Under the pieces are notes generated by a model. That model ran no database searches and had not been told where the DNA came from. It saw only the letters and a list, made by a program, of their open reading frames with translations. From a virus: a DNA stretch of 64,000 nucleotides. The DNA lies in the IMG/VR virus record IMGVR_UViG_3300031565_000014, positions 8,773-72,772 of that record; one strand, given 5' to 3'. Of the stretch, positions 18,276 to 29,700 are shown piece by piece. Every line of letters begins with the position of its first letter. Position 1 is the first letter of the stretch. The translations under genes and the position numbers were made by a program.

Positions 18276-19433
18276 ATGAGAGTATCAACAAATAAAACAT
18301 CAAAAGAAACTTTATTTAATGTAGAAGTTCCTGAAAATAAGACTATTATTTCTTATGAGGATATGGATAACATTTGTCAAAAAGCTCTTAATGATGCAGG
18401 TTATAAGATTAAAAATACAGTATTTAGATCAAGTGTAGTAAGTGATGCAGCTTATGCTATTCACTTTTTAGATAAAACAGGAGATTTTACACCTGTTTTA
18501 ATTTGGTCTAATAATTATAACAAAAAAACTAGAGCTTACTTGGCTATAGGTTTTTATGTAGAAGGAACAAACGGACATAACGTTGTTATTACAGAGTCAT
18601 CTCATAATAACGCAAAAAATAGTGATGATATTAAAAAAGATTATGAAGAAATTTTAGCTAAGTTAGTGCCTAATATAGAAAATATAGATTATATATCTAA
18701 AACAATGTACCTTAAAATGTCTAACATGTTTATGACAGACGAAGATTTTGGTGCTGAATTAGGTAAATTATTTATGAATAACACTCTTAAAGGTGAACAA
18801 CTTACTCAAGCTAAAAAAGAATCTATTAAACCTGAGTATAATTATTCAGCAGCAATAGAGTCTGTTTGGGTAAAATTTAATTCTGTTTTAAAATCTATGA
18901 GTAAAACACATCCTCAAAATTATCTTTTAGATAATGAGTGGGTTGTTAATGTATTTGAAAATTACGAACCTGAAACTATTGTAAGTGAGTATAATACCTT
19001 AAGTGACGCTTCTGAATCTAATGAAATACTATCTATTACTACTGAAGAAATGATAGATAACATAGAATTAGAAATTAAAGAAGAAAAAGAAATAGAAGAA
19101 GTTATTGATAAAAATCAGTTAACTATTTTAGACCAAATAGAAGATATGGAAGCTTCTGGTGAAATAGTAACAGAAGTTAAAGCAGAGGAAGTGGAAGAAG
19201 AAGATATCCCGGTTTGTCCTTCTCCGGAAGCTCAAGCTGAAGATAAAACTGAAGATATTATAGAATCTTCTGAAGAAGTAGTTGAAGAAACAATAGAAAC
19301 ACCTATTAATGTTTTTAACTTAGCAACTCAACCAGAAGAAGAAACATTAACAATGGAAGAGCCTATAGTTGAATCTATTGATGAAGAATTTACTTTAATA
19401 GAAGATGATTCTAGTGATGAATTTAGTATATAA
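18276..19433 (+). CDS. DUF932-like protein with long acidic C-terminal tail
   Basis: W.NNYNKK..A..AIG and W..FN..L..M.K..P patterns; last ~150 aa are E/D-rich. Confidence 0.5.
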   Translation: MRVSTNKTSKETLFNVEVPENKTIISYEDMDNICQKALNDAGYKIKNTVFRSSVVSDAAYAIHFLDKTGDFTPVLIWSNNYNKKTRAYLAIGFYVEGTNGHNVVITESSHNNAKNSDDIKKDYEEILAKLVPNIENIDYISKTMYLKMSNMFMTDEDFGAELGKLFMNNTLKGEQLTQAKKESIKPEYNYSAAIESVWVKFNSVLKSMSKTHPQNYLLDNEWVVNVFENYEPETIVSEYNTLSDASESNEILSITTEEMIDNIELEIKEEKEIEEVIDKNQLTILDQIEDMEASGEIVTEVKAEEVEEEDIPVCPSPEAQAEDKTEDIIESSEEVVEETIETPINVFNLATQPEEETLTMEEPIVESIDEEFTLIEDDSSDEFSI

Positions 19434-19440
19434 ACTAAGG

Positions 19441-19466
19441 AGGGAGTTACGGCTCCCTCTATATTT
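19441..19466 (+). terminator. Hairpin, possible weak terminator
   Basis: agggagt-tacg-gctccct followed by a weak U-tract. Confidence 0.5.
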
Positions 19467-19473
19467 ATAAATT

Positions 19474-19881
19474 ATGAGTGAAATAAACAATAATAATGAT
19501 TACACAAAATTTTTAGTTGAAAAAATTAATTCAATCGCTGAACAATCTAAAAATATTTTGGATAATCTTGAAGAAATTAAAGCTAAAGAGCACCTTATGT
19601 TTATAAGAGTTGGTAATGATGGTTTATTTAAAGGTAAAATGTCATGGAACAACTGGTATAATTGTGTTTACATAAATTATGATGTAAAAAGTGCTTGTAT
19701 ACTTAATAAAAGCAGTTTGTCTACTATTAACTTAGACAGACCATACCAAAGATTATTAGCTAATAAGAACACTTTAGAATTAATTCATGCTAAACATGCT
19801 GATGATAGAAGAGTGGGTCAAACTTTATTAAATGGACTGGCCTTCAGTATTTATGGAGAAACTAATTATGAAATACTTTAA
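19474..19881 (+). CDS. Hypothetical protein (135 aa)
   Basis: ORF track. Confidence 0.7.
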   Translation: MSEINNNNDYTKFLVEKINSIAEQSKNILDNLEEIKAKEHLMFIRVGNDGLFKGKMSWNNWYNCVYINYDVKSACILNKSSLSTINLDRPYQRLLANKNTLELIHAKHADDRRVGQTLLNGLAFSIYGETNYEIL

Positions 19882-19883
19882 TT

Positions 19884-20054
19884 ATGAATGAACAAATTGA
19901 AGAAGAAATATCTAAAAATAAGTATGTAGATACTATAGAATTTTTAGAAAAAACAATGCCTAATGATGCTAACTTCGGTGCAGCTGTTAAGGCATTTATT
20001 AATAAACGTAGAAAGTTAATCGAGAAATACCAAAATGATAGAAATACTAAATAA
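19884..20054 (+). CDS. Small hypothetical protein (56 aa), absent from the ORF track
   Basis: MNEQIEEEISKNKYVDTIEFLEKTMPNDANFGAAVKAFINKRRKLIEKYQNDRNTK*; fills the gap between adjacent genes. Confidence 0.6.
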   Translation: MNEQIEEEISKNKYVDTIEFLEKTMPNDANFGAAVKAFINKRRKLIEKYQNDRNTK

Positions 20055-20421
20055 AGTTAAAGAGTTTAGTGATGCTACTAATCACAAATCATCTAGTGAA
20101 ATCACTATTCCTAGATTTGACACATGTGAATTAAGGTTTAAACTTATGGCTGAAGAAAATCAAGAATATCTTCATGCTTGCGCTGATCGCAATATGATAG
20201 AAGTAGCTGACGCTCTTGGTGATATGCTTTACGTGTTAGCTGGTACAATACTAGCACACGGCATGCAAGACAAAGTTATTGAAGTTTTTGATGAAATACA
20301 CCGATCAAATATGAGTAAGTTAGATGAAAACGGAAAACCTATTTATAGAGAGGACGGTAAAGTGTTGAAAGGTGATAATTATTTTAAACCAAATATTAGT
20401 AGTATAATTAATGGAAGATAG
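20035..20421 (+). CDS. MazG-like (PRA-PH family) nucleoside triphosphate pyrophosphohydrolase
   Basis: EENQEY, VADALGD, EIHRSNMSK, YREDGKVLKG. Confidence 0.85.
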   Translation: MIEILNKVKEFSDATNHKSSSEITIPRFDTCELRFKLMAEENQEYLHACADRNMIEVADALGDMLYVLAGTILAHGMQDKVIEVFDEIHRSNMSKLDENGKPIYREDGKVLKGDNYFKPNISSIINGR

Positions 20422-20608
20422 TATAGTAGAGTCTGTTAGAGAAGACTTAAAACAAAGATCTGAAGTAGGTATTAAAAAATACGGAGTTACTTTAGATAGA
20501 GAAGACTTGTCTTTAAAAGACTGGTTAAATCATGCATATGAGGAATCTCTCGATAAAGCCTTATATTTAAAAAGGGCAATTAAAGAACTTGAAACATTAA
20601 AGCGTTAA
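20411..20608 (+). CDS. Small all-alpha protein, MazG/dNTPase-like fold candidate
   Basis: R..VGIKKYGVTL.R.DL...W..HAYEE.LD...Y pattern. Confidence 0.6.
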   Translation: MEDSIVESVREDLKQRSEVGIKKYGVTLDREDLSLKDWLNHAYEESLDKALYLKRAIKELETLKR

Positions 20609-20617
20609 ATAATAAAT

Positions 20618-20660
20618 AAAAAAGGGGGTGTACTAGTGTTAGTATTCCCCCCTTTTTTTT
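20618..20660. terminator. Bidirectional terminator between the convergent replication and virion modules
   Basis: aaaaaaggggg-tgtactagtgttagtatt-cccccc-tttttttt. Confidence 0.85.
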
Positions 20661-20673
20661 ACGTAGTTGCTAA

Positions 20674-23600
20674 TTATCTCAGATTATCAAAAGTAGCCTG
20701 ATCTCTAATACCCTTACCTGGATCAACAGCCTTACCTCTAAAGTAAAATGATTGTAATAAATGATTATAAAACTTAAAACTTTCTGCTTTCTGCCAAGCA
20801 AAAGGTCCTATATCTTTCTTATAATATGCTCTTTCGTCACCAATACCCCATCTAACTAAATCCTGAGTAAGCGTAAATAACTTATCTACAGTTGGTCCAA
20901 ATATAACAGAAGTGTTATCTTTAAAGCTAAGCATTTGACTTATACCAGAAAGAGAAGGTGAGAAAGCTTCATTCTCACTTTTAACAAGCATTAATTGATA
21001 AATTACGTGAGCATGCATCCAGCCTCCCATATTGAATGATGGTCTATTAGGATCATCAGATACCCAAGGTAGAGGTAATGGTCCTGATAAATTTCTCACT
21101 TTCTTAAATCTATCTTTATCATCATCGTCATAACCTAATAAGAACATAGATGCTGTAAGCAATCCTATAACAGCTAATTCTGCAGTTACAGCTTTAAGTG
21201 CTGATTTCTCTTCTTTAGTTAAACTATTTACTTGACCATTTCTTAAACCATTATACAATACAGCAAGGCCTACTAAAGCTTCTGCATAGTACCCTGTGTG
21301 CATATCGCCGTAAGCTAAATCAAACGTACCACCTGCTTTTCTTTCTCCAGTAACTGCTGTAGATCCTAAAGCTTTCCAATAATTAGATATTTCAGGATCT
21401 ACACTTGCACCATTAAGCCTTCTTCTATACATGGAATAAGCAAATTTTCTTAATGATATAAATGCTTTCCATCCTAAGTTTCTATCAACAAGTGGTTGTG
21501 AAAATTTAGAATAAGTACCTGCAGTACCTTCCAATATAGTCTGCATTTTAATTTTATATTCATTAAATTTTCTACCTCCTATAGCCCATTCTTTATCAAC
21601 TATATTATCTTTTAATTGTATTTGACCATCTTTAATTTCATAAGCGTCCTTAAGTTCTATTTTACTAATACTACCGTCTTCTTGAGTTTGCTCTACTTTC
21701 TGATTAATAAGTAAAGCTCCAAATAATTCAAAAGCACCTTCTTGTTCCATTAATTTTCTAAATGAAGTCATCCACGTTAAGTTAATAACGTCCCTTGTAG
21801 CGGAAGAAGTAGCGTATTCACCTAATTTAGATGAAAATCTATCTTCCATAAAATCAAATACTTCTAATAATTGAAAATTATAACTTTTAGCACCAACTTT
21901 GTATCTTTGTTTACTTATTTCAGTCATTAACTGCCAACCAAAAGCTTTACCTTTAATCATAGCAGTAGGGCTTACGTCTACACCGGCTATACCATTAATA
22001 AAATTATGATATGTTTGAGAAAATCTGTTTTTAATATCTGATGGAAAATTAAGACCTAAGTAAGATCTAGATGTTTCAGATATCATAGTATTAAGCGCCT
22101 TAATTAACCCAGGGTTATTAGCGCCCCATCCTGCAACATTTTGCCCATAAAATTCTCTTTCTGTTAAAGCTTTAATCACTTTAGCTCTTGTAGTCTCACC
22201 TTTTTTATTGAATAATCCCCAAGCTCTTTTAGATTTTTTACCGCTAATTTCTGAAGATTCTTTAGCGTTAAGTTCATCTACAAGACTTACTAAAGATTGC
22301 GCAACAGGGTTGATCTTAATAAGTTCTTTTTGCTCATTAGCAGAATTCATATATTTTAGAGTAGACTGTATAACATCTAAAGATGTGATGTCTAAACCTA
22401 TATTAAATGTACCTTTAATTACTAATGATCTAGATGGGTTCATTTGTTCTGCTAAATTTAAAAACATGCCAACATCTTCTACATCGCTTAAATCATTAGG
22501 GTCAATATCATCTAAGTTTAAACCTGCTTCTTCAATATCATCTTTTTGAGCTTTAAACATCGCTGTAAACTGCTTACCTACAGTCTTAAGCTTAAGCTTT
22601 AAGTTTTCTAATTCATTTTTAGTAAAATCTTTTGTCTGTAAAGTCTCAGTTTTATCTTTTCTAAATCTAGCTATTTCATTACCTAATTTAGCAGAATCTT
22701 CTAAGCCTTCTTGTGCTTTATAATGAGCTTTACGTAAAATTTCAAGAATCCTAAACATGTCAGGATCACTTTGTTTCATTTTTTCGTAATCTTTGTTGAT
22801 GTACCTATCCCAACCTTCTAAAGACGTATCCATGTCTTCAGCAGCTTTAGGTAGCCAATTACCCCACACATCTACTGTTTCACCTACTATACGTTTATTT
22901 TTATAATTTTCTTTAACTTCCCTAGTAAAGAATTCAAATATAGGTTGGCCAGGAATAGTCTCTATTGTATTACCTGATTCATCAAGTATTTTAATATTAC
23001 TTAAATATTTAGAATTATTAGGTACGTTATTACTCCATATAGAAGTTCTTAAATAAGCTGTAACCTCATTTTTATAAGAAATTCCTTCTATTTCCTCATC
23101 TTTTACTATTTTTTTACTAATATGAGATCTTTCAAAAAATTCTTTAAACTCCTCACTTTGATTTATGTAATATCTATATATATTCTCACTAAGAAATTTG
23201 TCAGCATTAGCTTTAGATAAACTAGCTGTTTTTAAAGTAGATTTTAAGTGTTCACCATTATCTATATCGTGAATCCAAGTATTCATAATATCTATATAAT
23301 CAGTAGATGCTTCTCTTGTTGTAATATTAGATATATTTTTAAATACTTTACCTATTGCTTTCCTTATACTTAAAGGAACTGGATTGTCTTCTTTTTTAGT
23401 GTTAAGTTCTTCTAATCTTGAAATATTTTCTTCAGTTAGATCTTCCTCCTCATATGAATTTAATATTGAATACTCTCTAGATTCAGCAGGTGTTAATCCT
23501 GATATACCTGGAATATTGTCTCTAAGATCTAATATTTTTTGATCAACGTCTTTAACTTTAGTAATTAAAGTATCATTCATCTCAGAAGCCTTAACTTCAC

Positions 23601-26600
23601 CGTTTTTATCTTTATTAGAAGTTTTTATACCTTGAATAATTTCTCTTAGTTCTTCTAGATTTTTAGGATCCTTTATACCAGCTTGTTCAAAAAGTTTAGA
23701 TAATTCGTTATATTCTCTATTTAAATCTTCAAAATATTGATCATTAGGTGATTTTCTAGTATTTTTAGATATCCAATGTTCTCTTAATCTAGCGTATTCC
23801 TCTTTCCCTTCATCTGTTGAGAGATCATAAGAAGTCTCTAAAAACTTTTCATATTCCTGAAGAGCTGTTTGAAAAGCTCCTTCTTTTTCAGTATACTTAT
23901 AAAAAACATTATTAGAATTTCTATATTTAATAAGAGCCTTAGCTTCTGCTAGTGCTACACCTGTTTTTTTATTACCATACTCGTCTACTGTAGAATATAA
24001 TCTTCTATATTCTTTCCATAAAACATTAATAAGATCTAGTTCTTTTTGTTTTTCACTAGGATCTTCTTCTTTCTCACTTCTGTCAGTATACTCTTGAATT
24101 TTCTCAAGTATTTCAGATCTTTTAATAAAAGCATCTTTACCAATATTATATATTACACCATCAATAGTTTCAGTAGTTTCTAATAAAACTTTCTTAGGTG
24201 CATAAAACTCTTTAACATATGGTTGTTGGAAAAAGTTTAATTTATGTTGCTCTAAAGCAGCTCTTGCATCTAAATATTCTCTATAAGCACTTTCTTCATT
24301 AGTTTCTTGCCATTTAGTTCTAGCTTGGAAAGCTTCATACTTAAGCTTTTCTAAACCTGTTTTATGATCTTTATATTTATCTAAAAAAGCATATACTTTT
24401 CTTTCTTCTAACTCACCAGCTTCGTTTCTAAATAATTTTGTAGCTTCATAAGTTATAGCTTGACCTATTTGATCTACTCTATCAAAATGTCTATTAGTTC
24501 TTACTTTTTCTAATAATGGAGCAAGTTCTTCTAAAATTTGATTTTGCTCTCTTTGCGTTTTAAGAGCTGCATCACTTTTAGATAGTTTAATTAATTTTGC
24601 GTAACCTGATATTAATGGGTCCTGTGAATTCATAGGAGATGTTAACCAAGAAAGCATGTTTGAGTCTTTAGACTTATTAGCTAAAATATCAGCAATCTTT
24701 TTAGCGTGATTTTCAATAGTTTTTATTTCATTCTCTAATTTTTTAATCTCACTATCTCTATTTACTTTTGAATTAGCGCTTTCATTTTTAAGTTCTTTTA
24801 TACGTTCTTTTCTATCATTGATTAATTCATCTCTTAAGCTTTTAGATTGATCTATTATAACAGAGCTAACACCTTTTTGTTGTATTTTTTTTATGTGAGA
24901 GTCTACTGATTTTAATTTACCTTGTATAACACCTAATAAATCCATTATACCTGAATTATTAGGGAAGCCTTGTTCTGTGAGTATTTCGTTGACGCTTGTT
25001 ACAAAAGTTTCATAAGACTTAATAGTTTGATAAGTAGCCATTGCTAATTGTAAGTCGGATAACTCAATTGTAGCTTGTTTTGTTAAATCAAAGAGTCTAG
25101 GAACCATAGCTTCTAACATAGTTTTAGTTTCCTCTAAACTACTTACTATAGCTTTAGTTCTTTCATGAGTTAACGCTTCTGTTGACTCAACTTTACTACG
25201 TATTTCATCATAATTATTATGAGTAATAGTTTCGTATTTACCTAACACACTAGCCATTTTCTGTAATGGATTATCACCGTATACAGTAGCTAAAAGCTCA
25301 TTAAGACCTTTTATGTCTTTATTCTTCTTTAACTCTCTTAATTGAGAAGAAGTATGTGTATAAAAAGCATCAAGCATTTGTAAAACATCAGAATTATCTA
25401 AGTTTTTAGCTAAGTCTTCAGCTAATTTATTAGATTCATCTATGGACATACGCTTATATGCAACATAGTCAGCTTTAGTTATTTCTATAGGCTCTATTCT
25501 AACATATTTAGATTTTAATATTTTAGCTAAATCTTTTACTGATGTATTTAAACCTAATTTAGAAACTGTAACATTTTTACCAAATACTCTTCTAAGCATT
25601 TGTCTAATATTATAAATTATCTTCTTAATTAAAGAAGTAAATTCAGGAGTATTATTATCTAATAAAGATTCTTCTAAAGATTTGACTAAAGCTTCATCTG
25701 TTACAGCTGGGTCATTAATATCACTATTATATTCTTCAGCAGATTCTTTTAATAAACGAGCCCCTTTTTCAGTAGAAGCTAACTCTGCAATTAGTTTATC
25801 ATAAAGAGGTTTGTTTTCATTTCTAAGAGCTGTTACAAAAGGATGAGAGAATTCGTGAAATACTGTAGACATATTCATCTGTCCTTCTACAAAGTGAACA
25901 ACACCATTATAATAAAAAGCTGGTTGACCATTGTATGGATTTTTAGCATTTTTAGTAATTTGATAAGCTTGCGTCGCACTAACTACAGAATAAGGTACCC
26001 CTAGTTTTTCTGATAATCTATCAGCAACAGCTCTAACTATTTCTAAAGAATTTTGAGATTCTACTTCAAAAGAATTAGATATAGACTCCATTGTACTAAT
26101 AGATTCTATTTCACTAATTATTCTATCAGCATCCACTAAAGGGTCAGAAGATTCAACTTGTTGCTTTAGTGGGCTTTTTTTTGACGTAGTTTCTGAAGAT
26201 TTACTAACTATTAATATGTTATTAGGATTAAATATAACATTCTGCTTTATACCGATACCTTCCTTATCATTAGTATGGAGCTCAACTGAATCAGCCTTAG
26301 TTGTATTTATAATATTACTCTCATATTTACGTAACGCACTTAACTGTGAAGGTTTAGCCAACATCTCAGGAGTAGGTTCTGTTCTATCAATAGTCTGAGC
26401 TTTTAAAAATACAGGAATAACATTAACCCCATATTTTTTAGCATGACTATATTCTTGTGAAAAAAACATACCGTTTTCTATGTCATGAGCATTGTATCTT
26501 TTTTTAGAAGGATCGAATTTATCAAAAGTACCGTTTGTACCATGAAAAAATAAAATAGGCTCACCATTAACATCTAGATACTTAGATGCTAACCCTGGTT

Positions 26601-26784
26601 GATTATCCCAGTCCCCGTACCATGACTTAAAAGAATTAGTATGAACTTGTGCATAAAATGCAAAAGCTTCATCATTAGATACCCCTAAACTTTTAAATTT
26701 TTCAAATAATAAACTAGGTTCCCCGTTTTTAGCATTAACACCTGTTAAATTACCCTGATTATCTCTAACTAAAGTACAACTCAT
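20674..26784 (-). CDS. Giant virion cargo/ejection polyvalent protein (2036 aa): N-terminal ART-like domain plus zincin metallopeptidase motif
   Basis: FKSWYGDW...FFHGT..FDKFD...GMFFS...PVFLK...VIFNPNNI; FHEFSH; coupled (TAATG) to the RNAP gene. Confidence 0.7.
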   Translation of the reverse strand: MSCTLVRDNQGNLTGVNAKNGEPSLLFEKFKSLGVSNDEAFAFYAQVHTNSFKSWYGDWDNQPGLASKYLDVNGEPILFFHGTNGTFDKFDPSKKRYNAHDIENGMFFSQEYSHAKKYGVNVIPVFLKAQTIDRTEPTPEMLAKPSQLSALRKYESNIINTTKADSVELHTNDKEGIGIKQNVIFNPNNILIVSKSSETTSKKSPLKQQVESSDPLVDADRIISEIESISTMESISNSFEVESQNSLEIVRAVADRLSEKLGVPYSVVSATQAYQITKNAKNPYNGQPAFYYNGVVHFVEGQMNMSTVFHEFSHPFVTALRNENKPLYDKLIAELASTEKGARLLKESAEEYNSDINDPAVTDEALVKSLEESLLDNNTPEFTSLIKKIIYNIRQMLRRVFGKNVTVSKLGLNTSVKDLAKILKSKYVRIEPIEITKADYVAYKRMSIDESNKLAEDLAKNLDNSDVLQMLDAFYTHTSSQLRELKKNKDIKGLNELLATVYGDNPLQKMASVLGKYETITHNNYDEIRSKVESTEALTHERTKAIVSSLEETKTMLEAMVPRLFDLTKQATIELSDLQLAMATYQTIKSYETFVTSVNEILTEQGFPNNSGIMDLLGVIQGKLKSVDSHIKKIQQKGVSSVIIDQSKSLRDELINDRKERIKELKNESANSKVNRDSEIKKLENEIKTIENHAKKIADILANKSKDSNMLSWLTSPMNSQDPLISGYAKLIKLSKSDAALKTQREQNQILEELAPLLEKVRTNRHFDRVDQIGQAITYEATKLFRNEAGELEERKVYAFLDKYKDHKTGLEKLKYEAFQARTKWQETNEESAYREYLDARAALEQHKLNFFQQPYVKEFYAPKKVLLETTETIDGVIYNIGKDAFIKRSEILEKIQEYTDRSEKEEDPSEKQKELDLINVLWKEYRRLYSTVDEYGNKKTGVALAEAKALIKYRNSNNVFYKYTEKEGAFQTALQEYEKFLETSYDLSTDEGKEEYARLREHWISKNTRKSPNDQYFEDLNREYNELSKLFEQAGIKDPKNLEELREIIQGIKTSNKDKNGEVKASEMNDTLITKVKDVDQKILDLRDNIPGISGLTPAESREYSILNSYEEEDLTEENISRLEELNTKKEDNPVPLSIRKAIGKVFKNISNITTREASTDYIDIMNTWIHDIDNGEHLKSTLKTASLSKANADKFLSENIYRYYINQSEEFKEFFERSHISKKIVKDEEIEGISYKNEVTAYLRTSIWSNNVPNNSKYLSNIKILDESGNTIETIPGQPIFEFFTREVKENYKNKRIVGETVDVWGNWLPKAAEDMDTSLEGWDRYINKDYEKMKQSDPDMFRILEILRKAHYKAQEGLEDSAKLGNEIARFRKDKTETLQTKDFTKNELENLKLKLKTVGKQFTAMFKAQKDDIEEAGLNLDDIDPNDLSDVEDVGMFLNLAEQMNPSRSLVIKGTFNIGLDITSLDVIQSTLKYMNSANEQKELIKINPVAQSLVSLVDELNAKESSEISGKKSKRAWGLFNKKGETTRAKVIKALTEREFYGQNVAGWGANNPGLIKALNTMISETSRSYLGLNFPSDIKNRFSQTYHNFINGIAGVDVSPTAMIKGKAFGWQLMTEISKQRYKVGAKSYNFQLLEVFDFMEDRFSSKLGEYATSSATRDVINLTWMTSFRKLMEQEGAFELFGALLINQKVEQTQEDGSISKIELKDAYEIKDGQIQLKDNIVDKEWAIGGRKFNEYKIKMQTILEGTAGTYSKFSQPLVDRNLGWKAFISLRKFAYSMYRRRLNGASVDPEISNYWKALGSTAVTGERKAGGTFDLAYGDMHTGYYAEALVGLAVLYNGLRNGQVNSLTKEEKSALKAVTAELAVIGLLTASMFLLGYDDDDKDRFKKVRNLSGPLPLPWVSDDPNRPSFNMGGWMHAHVIYQLMLVKSENEAFSPSLSGISQMLSFKDNTSVIFGPTVDKLFTLTQDLVRWGIGDERAYYKKDIGPFAWQKAESFKFYNHLLQSFYFRGKAVDPGKGIRDQATFDNLR

Positions 26785-29700
26785 TATTTTTTACAATTAT
26801 TTAAACTATCCATAGCATCCTGTATTTCATTCTGTATACCTTTTTGAATAACTTCATCAGATATTTCTCTTGGTAGAATATTAGGCATGACCTCTTTAGT
26901 TTCATTAGAGGGGTCATTAGATAATCTAAAGTTTTCTGCAAGTTGCTCATTAAGGTATTTATATGTTTTAGGAGCACTATTTTTCAAAGATACTCCATAA
27001 TTTTCAAAAAATGACACAGGATTACCTTTTTCTGTTAATTCTTTTAAGTCACTTACGATATTATCAATTAATGTTTTGTTATAATCAAAATTTTCTTCAC
27101 CTAAAGATTCTCCCATATTTTTAATATGCATCGGGTAAGTATTATTAAAACTAGTAGCTTCTTCTGTTACAAATGTAGTACTTTGGTTGTTTTTAATAAT
27201 TTGTTCGTCTGTTACTTTATCAACCTCAGTAGCTTGTTGTTTTGGTTTATTGACAAAATCTTTAAATCCTTCTATATCTTGTCTTCCTGTAGCATTAACA
27301 TACTCTTGAAACTTTTCTTGAGCTTCTTGTTTTTGTTGTGGGGTTATTTCTTGACTTAAACTTGTACTTGTAAGTTGAGGAGGTGATACTTCTGTTCTTT
27401 GTTTAATTTCATAATAAGCTTCCTTAATACTTTCAACTTTTCTAGCATTTTGATCTAAAGCTGATATAGAGCTTCCTCTTTCAAAAGAAGATACAACCAT
27501 AGATTTAAAAGCCATTGCTCTTGATAAATTTTTTATATTTTCATCAAGTTTTTCTGGTGTAAGATTTTTATACCAGTCAATAATGCTACCTTCTTCATCT
27601 GCTAATAAATTATTTGCAAACCAAAGGTCACTACCAGCACCTGTAAATGATCCAATAATACCAGAAATAAAACTATCCCAGTTTGTATATTTTTCTTTAT
27701 CTTCTTTATTTAATTCTGGATATTTTTCTTTATTAAAATCAAAATAAGGTTTTCCATATTGTGAAGTATAAAACTTTATATTGTTATAGTACGCCCAATT
27801 ACTTAATAATGCTTTTTCATCATCAGGTAAAGACTTTAATATTTCTTTCCAATATTTTTCTTTAATAGAGCGAGGTATATTTCTTGCTATATCTTTAGAT
27901 ATAGCTTCTTTTAATTCTCCTTTATTTTTAGGATAGCCATCTTTTCCTTGTAAAAAAAAGAAATTATCCATTGAAGAAGTTTGTAATTTTTTACCCCAAA
28001 GAGAACCCTTAAATACATCTACTTCATAACCAGTTATTGTAGATAAATCTACTGTAGCATTATCCATTGCCTTTGCTACAAGTTCTACCATATCATCAAT
28101 ATATTCCTCTTTGGTAGGAAAATATTTACTTAATCTAATAACAGCTTCATTGGATCCACTTATATCAAAATCTTTACTTTTTAATATTCCAATGGTTATT
28201 AAAGCTTTACCATTAGCATAGACTTCCTCAACTTCTTCGTTTTTAAATTTTCTTCCTTCTCTCTCAAAATCTAAGTGAGCTTTTTCATGTTCAACTAAAA
28301 ATCTAACAAGTTGTTCTTTGGAACCATTGACTAGCCTATCATAAACATTTAAGTTTTTAAGAACAGTATTAAGAATAGGAAGTTGGTTATCTAAAACTTC
28401 TTTGTTAGAGTATTTATCTAATAATTCTTTGTTGATATAAACTTGTCCATCAACTACACCTGCAAATATTTCTTTACCTTGTGTATTATATATTTTTCCT
28501 ATTTTATAATCTAAAACACTAGGAAGATTAGATTTAAACCCAGCAGCTTCATATACTTCATTAGCTAATTCAGGAGTAGATTCAAATAGTTCTGCTTTAG
28601 GTACAGAATTCTCAACCTCTTCAGTAAAATCTGGTCTTACTATCTGAAATGCATTTTCTACAGCTAAAGGTACTACAGTATAGTTATTGTTATCTTCTAC
28701 TAGTGTTGTAGGTATACTTTCAACTTCTGCTGTACTTAAAGCTTCAAGAGCTCTTTGATTAATTACAGATTCATAATGGCCTAACGTAGATCCTGGAAAT
28801 TCATTATCAAAATCTTTTCTTGTGTATAAAGTATGTTGATATTCATGCTCTATTACAAAATTTTGCCATTCTTCATAAGTTGTAAAAGTATCTGGGGCTA
28901 GAGCATCTGCTTTAGAATTTATTTTTTCACCATGAATAGTCTCAAATAAGTTTCTAGGACTAGTCCAAGCTTTTTTACTAAAACCCTCTAGTAAAAGTTC
29001 TTTATCTAATAATATAACTCCTTCACTATATTTAGCAGCAATTCTAGTATTTTGTTTACTTCTAATATTGTTAGAGTATTTCACTGGAACACCTTTATAT
29101 GCTGATATTTCTATTACGTTAATTTGTGAAATATGATCATCTTTTTCATTAGGAACAGTGTAATCTTGTATTTTATATCTTATCTTGTTATCAACACGAT
29201 TAACTTTATTAAATTTAGCTGTGTAACTATTTAATATCTTAGTAGTAACTTTAACATCATTAATTTGATTACTTAACATTTGTACAAAATCTCCTTGAGG
29301 CATGTATCTCAAAATAGAATTCATACTTTTAGTATTATGACCTGATTGTAAAAAAGCATACATAGGTAATTTTGTGAAAAAATCTCTAACAAAAATATCT
29401 TTATGGTTTTGAAGTTCTTTAATATTTTCACTAACTCTTTCAACTAATTCACCTTTTGGTTTAGAAGTTATAGGTCCTATATTTTTTACATCACTATTTA
29501 AAGTAGGTAACTCTTTAAATTGTGTAAATACAGCATATTCTTCTGCTAACTCAGGATACATTTTTGTTATTCTTAAAAACTGATCAGCAACAGTATTTGT
29601 TTTAGATGAAAATAAACTATTAATATTAAAGATATTACTTAACGCCATATCTCTAATTATTCTCTCATATGTTAATAAGTTAATTTTATTTTCAATATTA

